NCBI GenBank assembly: GCA_950097015.1
Contig: CATNEN010000033.1
Coordinates: 372,001 to 436,000 of the forward strand
DNA from: Macrostomum hystrix
Lineage: Eukaryota > Animalia > Platyhelminthes
Length of the DNA: 64,000 nucleotides
Direction: 5' to 3'
The position numbers were made by a program, and so were the translations under genes. The first letter of the stretch is position 1. Every line of letters begins with the position of its first letter. The notes below the pieces were generated by a model that was not told the DNA's origin, made no database searches, and was given only the letters and a program-made list of their open reading frames with translations. Shown piece after piece: positions 12,560-25,823 of the stretch.

Positions 12560-14020
12560 ATAGAAGTAGGGAGATGAGGAGGGAAGTAGGGAGATGAATA
12601 CGGAAGTAGGGAGATGAGGAGGGAAGTAGGGAGATGAATATGGAAGTATGGAGATGAGGAGGGACGTAGGGAGATGAGGAGGGAAGTAGGGAGATGAATA
12701 TGGAAGTATGGAGATGAGGAGGGACGTAGGGAGATGAGGAGGGACGTAGGGAGATGAGGAGGGAAGTAGGGAGATGAGGAGGGAAGTAGGGAGATGAGGA
12801 GGGAAGTAGGGAGATGAGGAGGGAAGTAGGGAGATGAGGAGGGAAGTAGGGAGATGAGGAGGGAAGTAGGGAGATGAGGAGGGAAGTAGGGAGATGAGGA
12901 GGGAAGTAGGGAGATGAATATGGAAGTATGGAGATGAGTAGGGAAGTAGGGAGATGAGGAGGGAAGTATGGAGATGAGGAGGGAAGTAGGGAGATGAATA
13001 TGGAAGTATGGAGACGAGTAGGGAAGTAGGGAGATGAGGAGGGAAGTTGGGAGATGAATATGGAAGTATGGAGATGAGGAGGGACGTAGGGAGATGAGGA
13101 GGGAAGTAGGGAGATGAGGTGGGAAGTAGGGAGATGAGGAGGGAAGTAGGGAGATGAGGAGGGAAGTAGGGAGATGAGGAGGGAAGTAGGGAGATAAGGA
13201 GGGAAGTAGGGAGATGAGGAGGGAAGTAGGGAGATGAGGAGGGAAGTAGGGAGATGAATATGGAAGTATGGAGATGAGTAGGGAAGTAGGGAGATGAGGA
13301 GGGAAGTAGGGAGATGAGGAGGGAAGTATGGAGATGAGGAGGGAAGTAGGGAGATGAATATGGAAGTATGGAGATGAGTAGGGAAGTAGGGAGATGAGGA
13401 GGGAAGTTGGGAGATGAATATGGAAGTATGAAGATGAGTAGGGAAGTTGGGAGATGAAGATGGAAGTATGGAGATGAGTAGGGAAGTATGGAGATGAGTA
13501 GGGAAGTATGGAGATGAGTAGGGAAGTATGGAGATGAGGAGGGAAGTTGGGAGATGAATATGGAAGTATGGAGATGATTAGGGAAGTATGGAGATGAGTA
13601 GGGAAGTATGGAGATGAGTAGGGAAGTTGGGAGATTAAGATGGAAGTATGGAGATGAGTAGGGAAGTATGGAGATGAGGAGGGAAGTTGGGAGATTAAGA
13701 TGGAAGTAGGGAGATGAGGAGGGAAGTATGGAGATGAGTAGGGAAGTTGGGAGATGAAGATGGAAGTATGGAGATGTGTAGGGAAGTAGGGAGATGAGGA
13801 GGGAAGTATGGAGATGAGGAGGGAAGTATGGAGATGAGTAGGGAAGTATGGAGATGAGTAGGGAAGTATGGAGATGAGTAGGGAAGTTGGGAGATGAAGA
13901 TGGAAGTATGGAGATGTGTAGGGAAGTATGGAGATGAGTAGGGAAGTATGGAGATGAGGAGGGAAGTTGGGAGATTAAGATGGAAGTAGGGAGATGAGGA
14001 GGGAAGTAGGAAGATGAGGA
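12560..14020. repeat. 20-bp purine-rich minisatellite (gggaagtagggagatgagga)n
   Basis: About 70 units with variants grading along the array. Confidence 0.96.
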
Positions 14021-14714
14021 GAGAAGTGATTCGTAGAAAGCAGAACGTGAGGTAGAAAGAAATTGCGGTAGAGAAAATGAAGACTTGGTAGAGATCTACA
14101 TAGCGGTAGATTAAGAGAGGGTAAGGAATAATGGTAGAAGTAGAGATGATTAGCGGGAAATGGATCGAGAGAGAATTATAGAATAAGGAAAGGTGATAGA
14201 ATGGAATAAGGTAATTTATGGGCGTGAGGCAGCCCAGACAAGTGGTACCGCTAGTGAAATCCAATACCTTCGGATACAAGATCTTGTCACCTACTGAATT
14301 ATTTGATTAGTTTTCTGTGCGGCATAGTCTGTAAATCCAAGATTAGGGATATTGTTTGCAAATCGATTCGATTATGCGAAGCCGCTCAACGTTAGGCGAG
14401 GAAGGATGACGACTCGCAATTCTTCCGTGTTAAATATGCAGGTGTCTCTGCGGTAGACTCCGGCCTAATTAGTGTCGCCCCTGTCTGCTTTCATTGCATT
14501 TCCTGCTTGTTGTTTATGCTTCCCCTCTGCTTTTCCTTTCACTTTTTACTCGGCCTGCTTCTTTGACCGCTAATTTTCTTGGGTTGTCTTATTTCAAAAT
14601 GGGTGTAGACTTTTATGTGTTTGTTTAGCTGAAGGCGCGACTGTACACATGGTAATTAACTGCAGTTAGAATTAAATCTGCGAGCAAGGGGCTAGTTAAC
14701 AGGATTGCAACTGG

Positions 14715-15860
14715 AATCCTAGCTAGAATCGTTCGAGAAGCCATAGCTAGAATCGTAGCTAGAATCGCATAATAACTGAGGTCGCTGGAATCGTAGCTAG
14801 AATCGCACCAGGAGCCGTCGCTGGAATCGTAGCTAGAACCGCACGAGAAGCCATAGCTAGAATCGTAGCTAGAATCGCATAATAACTGAGGTCGCTGGAA
14901 TCGTAACTAGAATCGCATAATAACTGAGGTCGCTGGAATCGTAGCTAGAATCGCACTAGGAGCCGTCGCTGGAATCGTAGCTAGAATCGCACCAGGAGCC
15001 GTCGCTGGAATCGTAGCTAGAATCGCATAATAACTGAGGTCGCTGGAATCGTAGCTAGAATCGCACCAGGAGCCGTCGCTGGAATCGTAGCTAGAACCGC
15101 ACGAGAAGCCATTGCTAGAATCGTAGCTAGAATCGCATAATAACTGAGGTCGCTGGAATCGTAACTAGAATCGCATAATAACTGAGGTCGCTGGAATCGT
15201 AGCTAGAATCGCACTAGGAGCCGTCGCTGGAATCGTAGCTAGAATCGCACCAGGAGCCGTCGCTGGAATCGTAGCTAGAATCGCATAATAACTGAGGTCG
15301 CTGGAATCGTAGCTAGAATCGCATAATAACTGAGGTCGCTGGAATCGTAGCTAGAATCGCACCAGGAGCCGTCGCTGGAATCGTAGCTAGAATCGCATAA
15401 TAACTGAGGTCGCTGGAATCGTAGCTAGAATCGCATAATAACTGAGGTCGCTGGAATCGTAGCTAGAATCGCATAATAACTGAGGTCGCTGGAATCGTAG
15501 CTAGAATCGCATAATAACTGAGGTCGCTGGAATCGTAGCTAGAATTGCATAATAACTGAGGTCGCTGGAATCGTAGCTAGAATCGCACCAGGAGCCGTCG
15601 CTGGAATCGTAGCTAGAACCGCACGAGAAGCCATAGCTAGAATCGTAGCTAGAATCGCATAATAACTGAGGTCGCTGGAATCGTAGCTAGAACCGCACCA
15701 GGAGCCATAGCTAGAATCGTAGCTATTATAGAATCGCATAAGAACTGACGTCGCTGGAATCGTAGCTAGAATCGTACCAGCAGCCGTAGTTAGAATCTCA
15801 CGGTAAGCCGTAGCTGGAATCGTAGCTAGAATCGCACCAGGAGTCGTCGCTTGAATCGCA
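14715..15860. repeat. Compound minisatellite built on gctagaatcgta / gctggaatcgta; main 38-bp unit (aataactgaggtcgctggaatcgtagctagaatcgcat)
   Basis: Direct units with alternating caccaggagccgtc and cgagaagccata variants. Confidence 0.94.
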
Positions 15861-16364
15861 GGAAGCTAGATCCGTTGCTGATATCCCAGCTTATAATCTA
15901 TTTTAATCAGTGAAGCTATCAGTTTCAATCAAAAAAACGCCTTCCGCCTTTTGTAGCCTAAAACTTTTAAGCCAGCAGGATTAGGTGCAACCAAATTTCT
16001 GATCCCAGGATGTCTGGGGAGTTTTGGGTGATGTCATGATAATCTGGCGATTCCATTAGTCACTTATGAATTATAGATTGTTTGTTTTCAGTTTTGCAGC
16101 TTCACATTTTTTAATATTAGGATTCCCCCCACCCCACCCCAATGACAGGTCGGTAGGCCGATCTTAACCGACCGGATTAAGGCTAGAGTAAGAACTATAA
16201 TCCGCAGCACTGCTAGCCCAGTTCCATTTAAATCCGTCACGTTCCATTTGAAACTGTCCATATTTTGTCAGTTTTTTTTCATCGGCTTTTGAAATAACAA
16301 AAATCTGCCCTGACGGCTGTCGGTTTACGTGGAGAGGCTGAAGAGTGCATTGATAACAATACCG

Positions 16365-16590
16365 ATACCGGCGGGGTGTCTGCGGACTCGCAGAGAAGGC
16401 GAGAAAGCGATCCTGACAATTCCGCTAAACCCTGAGCACACACGCACGGATACAGTTAACTGTACACTCTCTCTGTGCCTTCAGGGCTGAACCTCCAGGG
16501 AAATCGTGAGCCTTCTCTCCGTAGCTGCGTGCGTCCCAATAATTTTGGCCTCGCCGCGGATTCGAGCCCATGGACCGCTTCGCCTCTTAT
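16365..16590 (-). mobile_element. Diverged relative of SINE family B
   Basis: Reverse complement contains tcgaatccgcggcgaggcca...ggagagaaggct...gtgtaca...gtgcgtgtgtgctcagg, the same blocks in the same order as family B; A-box not recognisable. Confidence 0.6.
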
Positions 16591-16753
16591 CTAATATTCG
16601 TTGTACTTTAATACATGATTTACTAAAGATACTACTTATCAATTTGGTTAGCAGTAGAATACTGGAGTATAGTATCGTAATTTGTGTGACCCTTGATGTA
16701 GCATGGCACGGAAGGTGCTAAAAGCATTTGAAAAAATTTATGATTTCCAACAG

Positions 16754-19700
16754 GCCGACAGCTCAGCAGATGCGCCGCAGTCAGCCAGCTGGTCCTTCGA
16801 CGAAGTCAAGGAGGTTCATCTGAGACGCTACGAGTTGCGCGACAACGCCTTGGAAATCTTCCTGACCAGCGGTGCCGCCTACCTGCTGGCCTTCCAATCG
16901 ACTCGGGATCGCGACGAGATTGTGCACGCAGTTGACAGCCTCGAGCTGGACAGTCGAGTACGTCAGCTGTCCGTTGACGAAGCGCAGCGTCAATGGGTCA
17001 CTGGCCAGATGAGCAACTTTGAGTACTTGGCCTTTCTCAACACCGCCTCGGGCCGGTCCTACAATGACCTGATGCAGTACCCCGTGTTCCCTTGGGTCCT
17101 AGCCGACTATGACTCAGCCGAACTCGACCTCACCCAGCAGGCCACCTTCCGCGACCTGGCCAGACCCATCGGCACTCAGGACGAGTCCGCCGTGGCCAGG
17201 CATCGGGATAAATACGAGGTGCTCGAACGGCAGTACAGGGAGCTGGGGCCTGAGCACGCCACGCCGCCATACCACTACTCGAGTCACTATTCCAACTCGG
17301 GCACTGTCCTGCACTATCTGGTGCGACTGCCGCCCTTCACCCAGCTGTTCACAGTGTACCAGGACCGCCACTTTGACCTGCCCGACAGGACATTTCACTC
17401 CATCCGCACCAGCTGGCGTCTGAGCTCTCGCCTATCAGACTCGGACGTCAAAGAGCTCATTCCGGAGTTCTTCTGCCTGCCGGAATTCCTAGTCAACAGC
17501 GAAGATTTGGACTTCGGCGTCAAACAGTCCGGCATACGAGTTGACAATGTCGAACTGCCGCCCTGGGCAGCCAACGATCCGCGCCGGTTTGTGCTCATTC
17601 ATCGGGCGGCACTCGAGTCGCCGCTTGTCACCGAGAGGCTGCACAAATGGATTGACCTGATCTTCGGATCTAAGCAGATTGGTCTGTACTCAGCTGAGTC
17701 TATGAAACTAGTTTGAGTACCGATAAGGAGAACACTTTCTTAGGCTAGTTTGAGTACCGATAAGGAGAACACTTTCTTAGAAACTAGTTTGAGTACCGAT
17801 TAGGAGAACACTTTCTTAGAAACTAGTTTGAGTACCGATTAGGAGAACACTTTCTTAGAAACTAGATTGAGTACCGATTAGGAGAACACTTTCTTAGAAA
17901 CTAGTTTGAGTACCGATTAGGAGAACAGTTTATTAGAAACAAGTCAGGGTACCGATTAGGTGAAGACTTTCTTAGAAACTAGTTTGAGTACCGATTCGGA
18001 GATGGCTTTCTTAGAAACTAGTTTGAAGTCCACAAGTTAAGAAAAAATCTTAATGAAAAATTAGGAGTGTCGTTTCTTAGAATATTACTTTTTTACTGGC
18101 GGCTCTCTAAGAACCAGTTTGAATGGTTCGTCAAGAGTACCATTTCTTTTAATCTAGTTTGTTATAGTTTTATAAGCTTCAAAAAGCTCAATAGAAATAA
18201 CTAATTAATGACAATCTTTCCTAGAAACTACTTGACTTCCTAGAAACTACTTGATTTCCTAGAAACTACTTGATTTCCTAGAAACTACTTGCTTTCCAAG
18301 AAACTACTTGATTTCTTAGAAACTACTTGATATTCTAGAAACTACTTGATATTCTAGAAACTACTCGTTTCCTAGAAACTACTTATAATTCAACCACCGC
18401 CGCAAACACTAAACTACAGGTAAAGCGGCGCTGAACGCTGTGAACCTGTTCCATCCCTACACCTACTTCGGCGCCATCGACTTAGACCAAATCGACGATC
18501 CCGTTCGCCGGCGCGCTATCGAGACGATGATCAAAACCTACGGCCAGACGCCGAAGCAGCTGTTCCGAACGCCGCATCCGCCGCCTCTGTCAGCGGCGCC
18601 TCGGTCGGGTCGGGTGCCCGGCGCTTTCGGAGTTCGGTTCGGCGGCTACTGCGGCTCGCCTGACAGCGCTGCTCCACCTCAGGTAAGTGCGGCCTTTTCA
18701 ACGGATCCCTCATAACCTTTTTTACTCGGTCATTGGATTGGTCATTACCCTCTGCCCACCGGTCATCGGATCGGTCATTACCCCTGCCCACCGGTCATTG
18801 GATCCGTCATTACCCCTGCCCAGCGGTCATTGGATCCGTCATTACCCCTGCCCACCGGTCATCGGATCCGTCATTACCCCTGCCCACCGGTCATCGGATC
18901 CGTCATTACCCCTGCCCACCGGTCATCGGATCCGTCATTGCCAGGTTGCCTGGTGTGAGCAGCTGGCAGCGCCGGTGGCTCAGCTGGTGTTGAACCCGGC
19001 CCCGCCCGGTCCCGGAGTGCCGGAGATGCTGGGCCTCTGTCAGGGCACCTGCGCGTTGGCCGGCGGCCAGCTGCTCGTCGGCGCCGCCGATTGCGTCTTC
19101 CGCTGGCGCCCGGCGCCAACTTCAAGCGGCGCCGGCTCCGCCGCGGCTGTCGGCCAGGCGCTGGGTGCCCCGCCGCCTGAATGGCTGGGCGACCGGGTCA
19201 CGGTCGCGGCCGCCTGCGGTCGCAGGGTCTTCTGCGGCCTCCGCTCCGGCCTGCTGCGGGTCTTCTCCATCGCCACAACCTCACCGTTGTCATCCTCGAC
19301 GGGAACTGCCGGCGGCCGCAGTCGACCTGGCCGCCTTGACTGGCTGGGCGAAGCGCCCGTGCCGCTGCTGGGCCACCGGTCGGCCGTGACGGCAGCTCAC
19401 GCCTGCCCGCAGTTCGCCCTGCTGGCTACTGGCGACGCCAATGGTCGGGTGCTGCTTTGGGACACCAACCAGGTGGCCTACGTCAGGTGCCTGCGACCGT
19501 CCGGGCCGCCGGTGGTTGCGCTGACCGTGTCGCCAACGCTGGCTGATGTGGCCGTGCTTGGACAGGTTCGGAATGGGGGTTCATTTGATTTATGGGCTAA
19601 ATAAATCTGGGTTTTTTTTTAAAATATTGATTGATCATTATGATTGTTTGATAAATGAATTAGTTGATTGATTGATTGGTTGGTTGGTAACCAATTGGTT

Positions 19701-20367
19701 GATAAATAGATAGATAGATTGATTACATTTGTAATTAATATATTAATCGATTAATTGATTGATTGACTTACTGATTTATTGATCAATCGATCGATTGGTT
19801 GATTTGTTTGATTGATTGATTGGCTGATTGGTTGATTTGCTGAATGATTGATTGATTGATGGATTGATTGATTGATTGATTAGTTGATTGATTAATAATT
19901 ATTGACATGCTAATTAATCAGTCGCCGTCATCCCACAGGGCCCGGGCAGCCAGCTGACTGTTTACACCGCCAACGGCTCTGAAGTTGGCTCGGTCAGCAG
20001 CGGCGGTTCCGGCGGCAGCGACCGCATCACCTGTGCCGTGTACAGCGCCCTGCCGGAGGGCCGCTTCATCAACTGCCTGGCGCTTGGCCTCGGCTCCGGC
20101 TGCGTGCGTCTGCTGAACAGCTGGGACCTCGGCCACCTGGCCATCATCCGGCCCGGCCTGCCCTCGCCGGCGCCCCTCCTGTCATTGGGCTTCTCGCGCG
20201 ACTGCCGCCGGCTTTACGCCTCGGATAGGGACAATCGCGTCTTCGTCCTGGAGACGCCGGATCCCTATCTAGGCGGCGGCGGGGGCGCCGCTGTCGGCGT
20301 AGGCAGCGGAGTCGGCGGCGGAGTTGTTCAGAAGACATCAAAGCAGCAGTTTGTTGCCTTTCTCTAG
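16754..20367 (+). CDS. LYST: Lysosomal trafficking regulator, 3' part (PH-BEACH-WD40). Exons 16754-17681, 18420-18682, 18945-19565, 19939-20367; 5' exons not found in the window
   Basis: LYST-type motifs EVH.R..LRDNALEIFL, NFEYL..LN..SGRSYNDLMQYPVFPW, HY.SHYSNSGTVLHYLVR.PPFT, DVKELIPEFF, HP.TYFG...DP..RRAIETMIKTYGQTP.QLF; WD40 GH.SAVTA..ACP..ALLATGD..GRVLLWD. All junctions GT-AG and in frame (phases 1,0,0); stop TAG 20365-20367. Confidence 0.92.
17705..18385. repeat. LYST intron minisatellites: 39-bp (ctagtttgagtaccgattaggagaacactttcttagaaa) at ~17705-18025 and 19-bp (ctagaaactacttgatttc) at ~18220-18385
   Basis: Direct units; both share ctagaaact. Confidence 0.9.
18725..18940. repeat. 32-bp minisatellite (ggtcatcggatccgtcattacccctgcccacc) filling a LYST intron up to the acceptor
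   Basis: About 6 units; the last runs straight into cattgccag|. Confidence 0.92.
19620..19900. repeat. Degenerate (GATT)n microsatellite in the last LYST intron
   Basis: gattgattgatt runs. Confidence 0.85.
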
Positions 20368-20554
20368 TAACTTGTTGAACAACAATACAACAATACTGAT
20401 TTGCTGTTGTTGCTGATTTGCTTTTATTTCCTGGTTTTTCTGCACTTCTTTTATGGTCGAAAATGTTTAATCCAAGAATAAGAGGAATTCGAAGACACTT
20501 GGGTCATTTTGCCCGTTTTGCCATCATAGACTGACAACTTTAGATCACGCTTGT

Positions 20555-20790
20555 TCATGCTAGGTCATGCTAGGTCATGCTAGGTCATGCTAGGTCATGC
20601 TAGGTCATGCTAGGTCATGCTAGGTCATGCTAAGTCATGATGGGTCACACTAGATTATGCTGGGTCATACTAGGTCATACTAAGTCATGCTGGGTCATAC
20701 TAGGTCATACTAAGTCATGCTGGGTCATACTAGGTCATACTAGGTCATGATGGGTCATACTAGGTCATACTAGGTCATGATGGGTCAGGC
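20555..20790. repeat. 10-bp repeat (catgctaggt)n
   Basis: About 23 units. Confidence 0.93.
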
Positions 20791-21309
20791 CTTTACTCTT
20801 GACAGCTATAATTATGTCTGAGTTACAAATAGTTGTACATCCACAGGTCAAGCAGTTGCAGTGTTCCTAGAGTTGCATAATAATATCGCAGGTTTTTATT
20901 TTTTATCTCTTTGCAGATTTGCTGTTTTCTACACCCTGTTGAGTACCGTAGGCCATTCCTTTGTAAATCCATCTACAGTAGTATATGCAGTGCGGTTGTG
21001 ACCTTGTAAATGTGCTGAATAACTCAAATGCTATCACACGACGCAGGCATTGTGCAATCATTCATGACCTCCTCGAATCCAATGCTTTCCAGTTTGAATC
21101 GCACAGCCCTGTTGCTATAAATAAATTTATTTCTATTTTTTAATAGAATAATTCATTGCCTAACAGAGCGAATTGATTTCAGTGTTTTCGTAGTCACAAA
21201 TTCGACAATGACTTGCTACCAGTTTTCTTACATATTTTATCGCTTGTAACAGAGGCTTCACAATGGTTAGACCTTTAGTGTGTTGATAGGTCGATTCTCA
21301 TGGATCAAA

Positions 21310-24300
21310 CAGGCCGATTCTCATGGAACTGACAGCTCGCGATTCTCATGGAACCGACAGCTCGCGATTCTCATGGAACTGACAGCTCGCGATTCTCATG
21401 GAACTGACAGCTCGCGATTCTCATGGAACTGACAGCTCGCGATTCTCATGGAACTGACAGCTCGCGATTCTCATGGAACTGACAGCTCGCGATTCTCATG
21501 GAACTGACAGCTCGCGATTCTCATGGAACTAACAGCTCGCGATTCTCATAGAACTAACAGCTCGCGATTCTCATGGAACTGACAGCTCGCGATTCTCATG
21601 GAACTGACAGCTCGCGATTCTCATGGAACTAACAGCTCGCGATTCTCATGGAACTGACAGCTCGCGATTCTCATGGAACTAACAGCTCGCGATTCTCATA
21701 GAACTGACAGCTCGCGATTCTCATGGAACTAACAGCTCGCGATTCTCATGGAACTGACAGCTCGCGATTCTCATGGAACTAACAGCTCGCGATTCTCATG
21801 GAACTGACAGCTCGCGATTCTCATGGAACTAACAGCTCGCGATTCTCATGGAACTGACAGCTCGCGATTCTCATGGAACTGACAGCTCGCGATTCTCATG
21901 GAACTAACAGCTCGCGATTCTCATGGAACTGACAGCTCGCGATTCTCATGGAACTGACAGCTCGCGATTCTCATGGAACTGACAGCTCGCGATTCTCATG
22001 GAACTAACAGCTCGCGATTCTCATAGAACTGACAGCATGAAGCTACATGTAGATTCTCATGGAACTAACAGCTCGCGATTCTCATGGAACTGACAGCTCG
22101 CGATTCTCATGGAACTAACAGCTCGCGATTCTCATGGAACTGACAGCTCGCGATTCTCATGGAACTGACAGCTCGCGATTCTCATGGAACTAACAGCTCG
22201 CGATTCTCATGGAACTGACAGCTCGCGATTCTCATGGAACTAACAGCTCGCGATTCTCATGGAACTAACAGCTCGCGATTCTCATGGAACTAACAGCTCG
22301 CGATTCTCATAGAACTGACAGCATGAAGCTACATGTAGATTCTCATGGAACTAACAGCTCGCGATTCTCATGAACTGACAGCTCGCGATTCTCATGGAAC
22401 TGACAGCTCGCGATTCTCATGGAACTAACAGCTCGCGATTCTCATGGAACTGACAGCTCGCGATTCTCATGGAACTGACAGCTCGCGATTCTCATGGAAC
22501 TGACAGCTCGCGATTCTCATGGAACTGACAGCTCGCGATTCTCATGGAACTGACAGCTCGCGATTCTCATGGAACTAACAGCTCGCGATTCTCATGGAAC
22601 TGACAGCTCGCGATTCTCATGGAACTAACAGCTCGCGATTCTCATAGAACTGACAGCATGAAGCTACATGTAGATTCTCATGGAACTAACAGCTCGCGAT
22701 TCTCATGGAACTGACAGCTCGCGATTCTCATGGAACTAACAGCTCCGCGATTCTCATGGAACTGACAGCTCGCGATTCTCATGGAACTGACAGCTCGCGA
22801 TTCTCATGGAACTGACAGCTCGCGATTCTCATGGAACTGACAGCTCGCGATTCTCATGAACTGACAGCTCGCGATTCTCATGGAACTGACAGCTCGCGAT
22901 TCTCATGGAACTGACAGCTCGCGATTCTCATGGAACTAACAGCTCGCGATTCTCATGGAACTGACAGCTCGCGATTCTCATGAACTACAGCTCGCGATTC
23001 TCATGGAACTAACAGCTCGCGATTCTCATGGAACTGACAGCTCGCGATTCTCATGGAACTAACAGCTCGCGATTCTCATGGAACTAACAGCTCGCGATTC
23101 TCATGGAACTGACAGCTCGCGATTCTCATGGAACTGACAGCTCGCGATTCTCATGGAACTAACAGCTCGCGATTCTCATGGAACTGACAGCTCGCGATTC
23201 TCATGGAACTAACAGCTCGCGATTCTCATGGAACTAACAGCTCGCGATTCTCATGGAACTAACAGCTCGCGATTCTCATAGAACTGACAGCATGAAGCTA
23301 CATGTAGATTCTCATGGAACTAACAGCTCGCGATTCTCATGGAACTGACAGCTCGCGATTCTCATGGAACTGACAGCTCGCGATTCTCATGGAACTAACA
23401 GCTCGCGATTCTCATGGAACTGACAGCTCGCGATTCTCATGGAACTGACAGCTCGCGATTCTCATGGAACTGACAGCTCGCGATTCTCATGGAACTGACA
23501 GCTCGCGATTCTCATGGAACTGACAGCTCGCGATTCTCATGGAACTAACAGCTCGCGATTCTCATGGAACTGAACAGCTCGCGATTCTCATGGAACTAAC
23601 AGCTCGCGATTCTCATAGAACTGACAGCATGAAGCTACATGTAGATTCTCATGGAACTAACAGCTCGCGATTCTCATGGAACTGACAGCTCGCGATTCTC
23701 ATGGAACTAACAGCTCGCGATTCTCATGAACTGAAGCTCGCGATTCTCATGGACTGACAGCTCGCGATTCTCATGGAACTGACAGCTCGCGATTCTCATG
23801 GAACTGACAGCTCGCGATTCTCATGGAACTGACAGCTCGCGATTCTCATGGAACTGACAGCTCGCGATTCTCATGGAACTACAGCTCGCGATTCTCATGG
23901 AACTGACAGCTCGCGATTCTCATGGAACTGACAGCTCGCGATTCTCATGGAACTGACAGCTCGCGATTCTCATGGAACTGACAGCTCGAGATTCTCATGG
24001 AACTAACAGCTCGCGATTCTCATGGAACTGACAGCTCGCGATTTCTCATGGAACTACAGCTCGCGATTCTCATGGAACTGACAGCTCGCGATTCTCATGG
24101 AAACTGACAGCTCGCGATTCTCATGGAACTGACAGCTCGCGATTCTCATGGAAACTGACAGCTCGCGATTTCTCATGGAACTGACAGCTCGCGATTCTCA
24201 TGGAACTGACAGCTCGCGATTCTCATGGAACTGACAGCTCGCGATTCTCATGGAACTAACAGCTCGCGATTCTCATGGAAACTGACAGCTCGCGATTCTC

Positions 24301-24520
24301 ATGGAACTAACAGCTCGCGATTCTCATGGAACTGCCCAGCTCGCGATTCGTCATAAAAACTGGATCATCCATGAAGCTAACATGCCTCGATTCTCATGGA
24401 ACTGACAGCTCGCGATTCTCATGGAACTAACAGCTCGCGATTCTCATGGAACTAACAGCTCGCGATTCTCATGGAACTAACAGCTCGCGATTCTCATGGA
24501 ACTGACAGCTCGCGATTCTC
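21310..24520. repeat. 25-bp satellite (gattctcatggaactgacagctcgc)n with interspersed 36-bp variants
   Basis: Period 25 read directly; scattered 1-bp indels from ~22370 to 24390. Confidence 0.97.
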
Positions 24521-25430
24521 ATAGAACTGACAGCATGAAGCTACATGTAGATTCTCATGGAACTGACAGCATGAAGCTACATGTAGATTCTCATGGAACT
24601 GACAGCATGAAGCTACATGTAGATTTTCATGGAACTGACAGCATGAAGCTACATGTAGATTTTCATGGAACTGACAGCATGAAGCTACATGTAGATTTTC
24701 ATGGAACTGACAGCATGAAGCTACATGTAGATTCTCATGGAACTGACAGCATGAAGCTACATGTAGATTCTCATGGAACTGACAGCATGAAGCTACATGT
24801 AGATTCTCATGGAACTGACAGCATGAAGCTACATGTAGATTCTCATGGAACTGACAGCATGAAGCTACATGTAGATTCTCATGGAACTGACAGCATGAAG
24901 CTACATGTAGATTCTCATGGAACTGACAGCATGAAGCTACATGTAGATTCTCATGGAACTGACAGCATGAAGCTACATGTAGATTCTCATGGAACTGACA
25001 GCATGAAGCTACATGTAGATTCTCATGGAACTGACAGCATGAAGCTACATGTAGATTCTCATGGAACTGACAGCATGAAGCTACATGTAGATTCTCATGG
25101 AACTGACAGCATGAAGCTACATGTAGATTCTCATGGAACTGACAGCATGAAGCTACATGTAGATTCTCATGGAACTGACAGCATGAAGCTACATGTAGAT
25201 TCTCATGGAACTGACAGCATGAAGCTACATGTAGATTCTCATGGAACTGACAGCATGAAGCTACATGTAGATTCTCATGGAACTGACAGCATGAAGCTAC
25301 ATGTAGATTCTCATGGAACTGACAGCATGAAGCTACATGTAGATTCTCATGGAACTGACAGCATGAAGCTACATGTAGATTCTCATGGAACTGACAGCAT
25401 GAAGCTACATGTAGATTCTCATGGAACCGC
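24521..25430. repeat. 36-bp satellite (gattctcatggaactgacagcatgaagctacatgta)n
   Basis: About 25 highly homogeneous units sharing 21 bp with the 25-mer. Confidence 0.97.
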
Positions 25431-25823
25431 ATGAGGATTATGATCGAATGACATGGTGGTTCTGCATCTGGAAAGTTGAAACTGGGATCGCGGAGGCAAT
25501 TGAAATCTCTGTGAAATCAGTTGATTAATTTTCAAGAAATAATCTAGTGAAGCAGTGGAAGATAGATGGATTCATTCTTAAAAATCCTTTTTAGATGTGC
25601 TGCCTTTGAAACTGCATGACTGCATTTTGAAACTGAAACTCATGAAAAACTGATACATCGGTACGGTAGCCTTTCATGCTTATTATTTGAAACTAGCTCG
25701 TATTTATGCCGACAATAAAGCCATTTTTGGCTGGTTGGTATCTGCTCACTGCTTATATGGCATGCTGAGCAGTTATGAGATAGCAGCTAGATTTTTAAGG
25801 CTCATTAAGAAGCATGAAATGAA

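Noticed and set aside
14030-14279. Minus-strand LSIHFPLII as a LINE endonuclease SDH.P motif
   Set aside because: Catalytic Asp absent and no other APE or RT motifs nearby; too weak.
22370-24390. Scattered 1-bp indels and the garbled unit near 24340-24390 as biological variants
   Set aside because: Pattern fits long-read consensus error; this also cautions against over-reading single-base frameshifts in WSC units 1 and 5.
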